Position numbers and translations under genes: made by a program. Shown here piece after piece: positions 62,201 through 64,000 of a stretch of 64,000 nucleotides of DNA; the first letter of the stretch is position 1, and the number at the start of each line of letters is the position of its first letter. The stretch is taken from assembly GCF_032444005.1 (NCBI RefSeq), contig NC_091289.1, forward strand, positions 164,486,001 to 164,550,000, written 5' to 3'. The notes beneath the pieces are model-generated. The model did no database searches and was not told where the DNA came from. It saw only the letters and a program-made list of their open reading frames with translations. Origin of the DNA: Ranitomeya imitator. Lineage: Eukaryota.

Positions 62201-63988
62201 AATAGTTCTCATTCTCCATTGCAGGTTGGCAAAGCAGTATGGGTTTATATAATTATTATGTCTTGCAACCGAGTTTCTTTTCAATTTTTAGACAACTTCT
62301 CCAAAGTGATGATTTACGGAACACTAAGAGTTGAAATCACTGTTTATAGATACTGTTAGAATTTATGCACATTTCTTACCAAATTCTGTAGTTTAGTTTT
62401 CCTTTCCAAACTCAGATTCAGCTGTGTGTCAGCATGCTATTTTATATACCAACTTATTCAAAAGTTATTTTCATTCTATTACCCGATATGTAATTTCTAT
62501 TTTAGGAAAATCATCTTGTTCATTAACTGCACTGGAAGTTAAAGATCGTTCTGCAGAGTAAGCATTGTTTTCTGTTTTCATTTCATTTTCCTATATTAGC
62601 TCTATCGTTTCATTAAATCAATTGTGAAAGTCTTCTAAAAAAAAAATTACTTATCCAAAAGAAAATTTTAATATTCTGGGTTTCATTTGCTTAGAATGGA
62701 CTGTCCATCTGACTGTATGAAAGACAAATCTCCAGTTTATGGAATTGGAACCTACGCATCAGTAAGTTGAAATGTTAAATAAGAGCGTAAGTGCATTGAA
62801 AATGTAGCTGTGACTGTGGAAAAAAACTGGAGAAATAAAGAAATAAAAATTTAAGAAAAGTTGTATTATTAGATATCTACCTTTTTCCGTAGGTTTCCTC
62901 CATGTGCAGAGCAGCTCTTCATAATGGAGTAATAGACAACAAAGGAGGAAAAATATTTATTGAAAAGGTTAAAGGGCTACCTAGTTATGAAGAAAGCACA
63001 AGGAATGGAGTGAAGTCCAATAAATACGGCTCTTCTAAAGAATCATTTAGAGTCTATAAGCCAAAGAGTAAACATTCTGGATGGGAAACTGTGAAGAAAC
63101 CAGAGCTTACTGATCACACATCAACATTTGAAGCTTTGGAACCCTCCAAACAATCAGACCCTTTCCATCCTAAAGGAACAGAAGTAAATACTGAATCAGG
63201 TGGAAAGAAAACTAAGAAACCGATAGGTAACATTTTTTCATAAAGTATATTAAAATGCATACTGGTAGTCAAAACAAAATACTTCTGTGACAGTAGAAAG
63301 TGAAAAAATACACTTATTCCTAAATTAAAGCAAAAAGGCAGTGGCTACAGAGATTGTAGAAGAATTTATAGGACACCAGCCACTCAAATTCATTGCTGCT
63401 CCCAGTATACTCACACAATGACATATTTTAATATATTCTTTAATTTTACAGTATGCAATTATTTGCTTTCTCATGAAATGCAGGATATAATACTGCAGCA
63501 CACGTTTAACATTTTAGTAACATGTAATATAATGAACAACCTGAGATCACTGTGATTAGATTAAAATACATTTTGATCCATTTCATCATCTAGCAAGATA
63601 TGGAATAGACTGAATGGTTAAAGCATCTAGTTAATTAAAGCATCCATTTATTTTAGTGAGGACCTATAATGCTAGACATACACCAATAGAAACATGCTAG
63701 TCAGCCACCATTTCATCTATAGGTTGAAAATAAATTCGTAAGATTTTTTTTCTTTTTTCCTAATAGTTAATGGTCAGTGCTCAACATCTGCCAAACAGTT
63801 GGCTGAACCACTTGCAGAGTAAGTTTAACAAGCAACTAAGGGTCTCTGCCTTTTGAGATTTTTTCTTGTACCTCTTCTTTTGTCTGCATTCTTCTTACAT
63901 GTATATGCACCGTTTTTCTAGAGTACTGTGCCCATCTGGCTGCCATAAACATCCAAACAATGTGTGGGGTACAGGTTTCTACAACTAT
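3425..63988 (+). CDS. Giant multi-exon poly-LCCL protein (partial, both ends outside window): at least 36 complete cochlin/vitrin-type LCCL domains, ~4,800 aa in window
   Basis: Spliced unit: [18 protein letters not shown]|[22 protein letters not shown]|[74 protein letters not shown]|[18 protein letters not shown]|[22 protein letters not shown]|[111 protein letters not shown]. All introns are GT-AG with pyrimidine tracts; phases 1-2-0-1-2-0-1; 795 nt per unit. LCCL motifs CPxxC, V[WY]GxxxY, SSxCxAAxHxG, YxxSxRNG, SF are present. Exon model is predicted, with no transcript evidence. Confidence 0.9.
5362..5544. mobile_element. hAT (Charlie-like) MITE, 183 bp, near-perfect palindrome
   Basis: Long TIRs cagaggtgtcaaactgcattcctcgaggg / ccctcgaggaatgcagtttgacacctctg; 8-bp TSD atttatag (5354-5361, 5545-5552); absent from the equivalent site in other units. 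Confidence 0.92.
5946..7736 (+). CDS. LCCL-pair unit 2
   Basis: Exons 5946-5997, 6101-6167, 6295-6517, 7014-7065, 7203-7269, 7403-7736; open. Confidence 0.87.
8274..10060 (+). CDS. LCCL-pair unit 3
   Basis: Exons 8274-8325, 8429-8495, 8620-8842, 9338-9389, 9527-9593, 9727-10060; open. Confidence 0.87.
10389..11370 (-). repeat. 3' LTR of element 2
   Basis: tgttaggg...ctaaca; about 10 substitutions versus 15309-16290. Confidence 0.95.
11371..15280 (-). pseudogene. gag-pol of element 2 (disrupted)
   Basis: CGA>TGA stop at 14504-14506; ~230-bp deletion in the protease region near 14190 relative to element 3; 1-bp frameshift near 12885 between RNase H and integrase. Confidence 0.9.
15309..16290 (-). 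repeat. 5' LTR of element 2
   Basis: Matches 10389-11370; TATA (minus strand ATATAAA) at ~15914-15920. Confidence 0.95.
16504..18292 (+). CDS. LCCL-pair unit 4
   Basis: Exons 16504-16555, 16659-16725, 16852-17074, 17571-17622, 17760-17826, 17959-18292; open; H>Q, L>S, P>R variants. Confidence 0.87.
18622..19888. mobile_element. Non-autonomous piggyBac-like DNA element (1267 bp)
   Basis: TTAA duplication (18618-18621, 19889-19892) at host gattaaaatacg; CCCCTT...AAGGGG termini; no transposase ORF. Confidence 0.82.
20090..25281 (+). CDS. LCCL-pair unit 5 (L2 LINE in A3-B1 intron)
   Basis: Exons 20090-20141, 20245-20311, 20438-20660, 24562-24613, 24751-24817, 24948-25281; open. Confidence 0.85.
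20714..24118 (+). mobile_element. L2-clade LINE (CR1 group)
   Basis: Interrupts host caagaac|aatgtgc; APE endonuclease plus RT ORF; L2-type 3' UTR (gactgtgagccctcgcgggcagggtcc) and (AAT)n tail; no clear TSD. Confidence 0.93.
20725..23895 (+). CDS. L2 ORF2: endonuclease-reverse transcriptase, 1056 aa
   Basis: WNARS, LTETWL, GDFN and SDH endonuclease motifs; [25 protein letters not shown] and YADD RT motifs; HWLP C-terminal region; no internal stop. Confidence 0.92.
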   Translation: MFRFLFSFTPILLSFLQSPAIPPPSKELVISSSILPSHLTFSSELFLHIQSFFSRHTRPHHVLSCSHLLIFCLLLLIAGDISPNPGTPQLIPTLISNPLPRSSPRFPNHDNLIPIHPAPTPPLPLLGALWNARSICNKLTFIHDLFITNKLSFLGLTETWLTPSDSASPAALSYGGFHLSHTPRPSNKRGGGVGLLLSDTCSFTPIPLPPSANLPSFEVHSVRIYSPSNLQLAVIYRPPELAISTFLDHFTTWLLHFLSVDIPTIIMGDFNIPIDTSTSAASKLLSLTASFGLTQWSSEATHKDGHTLDLIFTRLCSLTNLINTHLPLSDHNLLTFSSLSSPNVQPPLHKLPCRNLKHLNLQSLSESLLPLKDIASLHDTDAAATFYNTTITATLDSATPLMHSKTRTINRQPWLTSLTKELRQASRIAERRWKQSRSADHFTTYKQSLASFKSALTAAKQTYFSSLISSLSHNPKQLFNTFNSLLRPPAPPPSPLISAEDFASFFKQKIDTIRESFGPQRPLPLLAAQPCSSKTSFSTMTEDQLSTLLSRSHLTTCSLDPLPSHLIPNLSMVFIPTLTHLFNLSLTTGVFPSSFKHAKITPILKKPSLDPSSVSSYRPISLLPYAPKLLEQHVHLELSSHLSSCSLFDRLQSGFRPHHSTETALTKVTNDLLTARSKRHYSVLLLLDLSSAFDTVDHSLLLQILSSLGITDLALSWISSYLTDRTFSVSLPHTTSSLRPLSVGVPQGSVLGPLLFSIYTFGLGQLIKSHGMQYHLYADDTQIYLSGPDLTSLLTKIPHCLSAISAFFSARFLQLNMDKTEFIIFPPSHSTLPPDLSINVNGCSLSPVPHARCLGVILDSALSFKPHIQALAFSCRLKPKNISRIRAFLDRDTAKTLVHALIISRLDYCNLLLSGLPSSTLAPLQSILHSAARLIYLSPRYSPASPLCQALHWLPIALRLQFKTLTMTYKAIHNLSPPYICDMVSRCLPTRNLRSSQDLLLYSPLISSSHNRIQDFSRACPILWNSLPQHIRLSPTIETFKKNLKTHLFRQAYSLQ
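25819..27612 (+). CDS. LCCL-pair unit 6
   Basis: Exons 25819-25870, 25974-26040, 26168-26390, 26887-26938, 27076-27142, 27279-27612; open. Confidence 0.87.
28153..29946 (+). CDS. LCCL-pair unit 7
   Basis: Exons 28153-28204, 28308-28374, 28502-28724, 29221-29272, 29410-29476, 29613-29946; open. Confidence 0.87.
30487..32279 (+). CDS. LCCL-pair unit 8
   Basis: Exons 30487-30538, 30642-30708, 30836-31058, 31555-31606, 31744-31810, 31946-32279; open. Confidence 0.87.
32350..33332 (-). repeat. 3' LTR of element 3
   Basis: tgttaagg...ctaaca; only one mismatch seen versus 37497-38479. Confidence 0.95.
33333..37469 (-). CDS. Gag-Pol polyprotein (Gag, protease, RT, RNase H, integrase, chromodomain), 1378 aa
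   Basis: Single open ORF: DSGA protease, YLDD, RNase [21 protein letters not shown]...SDRG...ETNG integrase, YLVDWKGHG chromodomain; stop lies at the PPT/LTR boundary. Confidence 0.95.
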   Translation of the reverse strand: MADIQQSLRYIQQLEGRLKVLENSTSAVDVTAVAVKAAGVAAATLSTATPVPTLSRLPLPEKFSGDCKTCRGFVSQCSIHLELLAARFPTERAKVGFIVSLLSDRALEWATPLWERDDHVVQSAPLFLGTLKKVFLGPQLTHDTALQLLALTQGESLVSHFSVRFRTLASELEWSDKALIPIFWRGLADHVKDALATREIPATLEELISISTRIDLRFNERRLERAQCRQRFRLAPTFAKPLESPVQASESHETLEVTRAGSKSQSARAHKVRHVCQQSGRLVSKSPQRSGKRQRLVAVGGGTLDTATFASKLSFKGTITIGPSTLTVELCLDSGAEGNFMSSAFAQRHAIPLVMLAQPVTVRVVNGSTLPSQITHQTIPFTLSVSPSHQEIISLLVIPEGIDEVLLGMPWLRYHSPHIEWSSGRILGWSKSCEGRCQRECVQVATTQVPADLSSLPKHYWSHADVFSKRAAETLPPHRPYDCPIDLLPGAEPPRGRVYPLSLPETEAMSQYIQENLARGFIRKSVSPAGAGFFFVQKKTGDLRPCIDYRGLNAITVKNKYPLPLISELFDRLRGAKVFTKLDLRGAYNLIRIREGDEWKTAFNTRDGHYEYLVMPFGLCNAPAVFQDFVNDIFRDMLTTSVVVYLDDILIYSPDIDSHRRDVRKVFDLLRANSLYAKLEKCVFEQESLPFLGYIISAQGLAMDPAKLQAVMDWQEPHSLKAVQRFMGFINYYRQFIPHFSTLVAPLVALTKKGANPKLWSEEVSKAFLSIKSHFASAPILHRPDVDKPFILEVDASSVGAGAVLFQKDAQGRKHPCFFFSKTFTPAERNYSIGDRELLAMKLAFSEWRHLLEGARFPFQVFTDHKNLVYIQTAQRLNSRQARWSLFFSRFHFTLHFLSGEKNVRADALSRSVVSSEEEEPRLIVPPESLRTVAPVSLESVPPGKTFVPANLRPEVLSWAHSSRVGGHFGTKRTSELLARTYWWPHMVRDVKDYIQACVSCAQNRSPRQRPAGLLYPLPVADRPWEMVGMDFVVGLPKSRGCSIIWVVTDHFSKMVHLVPLPRLPSARALAVLFMKHVFRLHGMPDKIVSDRGPQFASRFWRELCRLLSIELNLSSAYHPETNGLVERTNQTLVTYLRHFVSARQDDWASLLPWAEFALNNAVADSTGQTPFLLNYGQHPRVPVPMPVSSTDSRVADWAVEARDIWDRTQDAIRASKERMRVSADTHRRPAPVFAPGDLVWLSARNIRLRVESTKFAPRYIGPFKVLEQVNPVVYRLAIPPRLGITDTFHVSLLKPVRLSRFSELSAGTSGSSTDEFEVNAIVGSKVVRGKKFYLVDWKGHGPEDRTWEPVEHIRAPQLIAVFERSEAQGGGGPRRGG
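37497..38479 (-). repeat. 5' (middle) LTR of element 3
   Basis: Near-identical to 32350-33332; PBS-position sequence at 37485-37495. Confidence 0.95.
39494..41288 (+). CDS. LCCL-pair unit 9
   Basis: Exons 39494-39545, 39649-39715, 39843-40065, 40562-40613, 40751-40817, 40955-41288; open. Confidence 0.87.
41829..43616 (+). CDS. LCCL-pair unit 10
   Basis: Exons 41829-41880, 41984-42050, 42178-42400, 42896-42947, 43085-43151, 43283-43616; open. Confidence 0.87.
44157..45943 (+). CDS. LCCL-pair unit 11
   Basis: Exons 44157-44208, 44312-44378, 44506-44728, 45222-45273, 45411-45477, 45610-45943; open. Confidence 0.87.
46485..48272 (+). CDS. LCCL-pair unit 12
   Basis: Exons 46485-46536, 46640-46706, 46834-47056, 47552-47603, 47741-47807, 47939-48272; open. 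Confidence 0.87.
48813..50599 (+). CDS. LCCL-pair unit 13
   Basis: Exons 48813-48864, 48968-49034, 49162-49384, 49878-49929, 50067-50133, 50266-50599; open. Confidence 0.87.
51142..52934 (+). CDS. LCCL-pair unit 14
   Basis: Exons 51142-51193, 51297-51363, 51491-51713, 52210-52261, 52399-52465, 52601-52934; open. Confidence 0.87.
53347..54307. mobile_element. Non-autonomous piggyBac-like DNA element (961 bp)
   Basis: TTAA TSD (53343-53346, 54308-54311); 12-bp TIR ccccttagtgac / gtcactaagggg; no ORF. Confidence 0.88.
54441..56235 (+). CDS. LCCL-pair unit 15
   Basis: Exons 54441-54492, 54596-54662, 54790-55012, 55509-55560, 55698-55764, 55902-56235; open. Confidence 0.87.
56776..58565 (+). 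CDS. LCCL-pair unit 16
   Basis: Exons 56776-56827, 56931-56997, 57125-57347, 57844-57895, 58033-58099, 58232-58565; open. Confidence 0.87.
59105..60897 (+). CDS. LCCL-pair unit 17
   Basis: Exons 59105-59156, 59260-59326, 59454-59676, 60173-60224, 60362-60428, 60564-60897; open; B3 acceptor is AAG rather than TAG. Confidence 0.82.
61439..63226 (+). CDS. LCCL-pair unit 18
   Basis: Exons 61439-61490, 61594-61660, 61788-62010, 62506-62557, 62695-62761, 62893-63226; open. Confidence 0.87.
63767..63988 (+). CDS. LCCL-pair unit 19, partial (A1 and A2 exons; array continues past the right edge)
   Basis: Exons 63767-63818 and 63922-63988 with intact splice sites. Confidence 0.85.
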
Positions 63989-64000
63989 GTAAGTTGCCTC

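Larger units (their letters stand above)
3203..64000 (+). repeat. Intragenic tandem array, period ~2.33 kb, 18 complete units plus one partial
   Basis: Recurring ORF-track anchors (SPEDSK and CRAALH, 18 times each) with spacings of 2325-2335 bp wherever no TE intervenes. Units are nearly identical in both introns and exons. Confidence 0.98.

Noticed and set aside
3203-64000. Non-coding macrosatellite or tandem transposon array
   Set aside because: Six phase-compatible GT-AG exons per unit encode recognisable LCCL domains; units have no TIRs, LTRs or TSDs.
3203-64000. CRISPR array, or assignment of a known gene symbol (COCH, VIT, CRISPLD)
   Set aside because: Eukaryotic kb-scale repeats without spacers. 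No vWA or CAP domain is visible and the domain count does not fit those genes, so no symbol was assigned.

Overview
Eukaryotic (vertebrate) DNA, most likely from a frog; the species call is an inference from the repeat families. Positions ~3203-64000 are a tandem array of ~2.33-kb units that superficially resembles a macrosatellite. Each unit carries six GT-AG exons (52, 67, 223, 52, 67, 334 nt; 795 nt = 265 aa) that splice in frame within and between units. Each unit encodes two cochlin/vitrin-type LCCL domains (A and B) plus linkers. The window holds 18 complete units and two exons of a 19th: at least 36 complete LCCL domains and about 4,800 aa of uninterrupted reading frame, with both gene ends outside the window. 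The ORF track misses this because the exons are short. Seven transposable elements interrupt the array, all in introns: three antisense Ty3/Gypsy Tf1/sushi-type LTR elements (one with an intact 1378-aa Gag-Pol), one L2 LINE with an open ORF2, two TTAA piggyBac-like non-autonomous elements and one hAT MITE. All coordinates, counts and alignments were made by eye and should be confirmed computationally.
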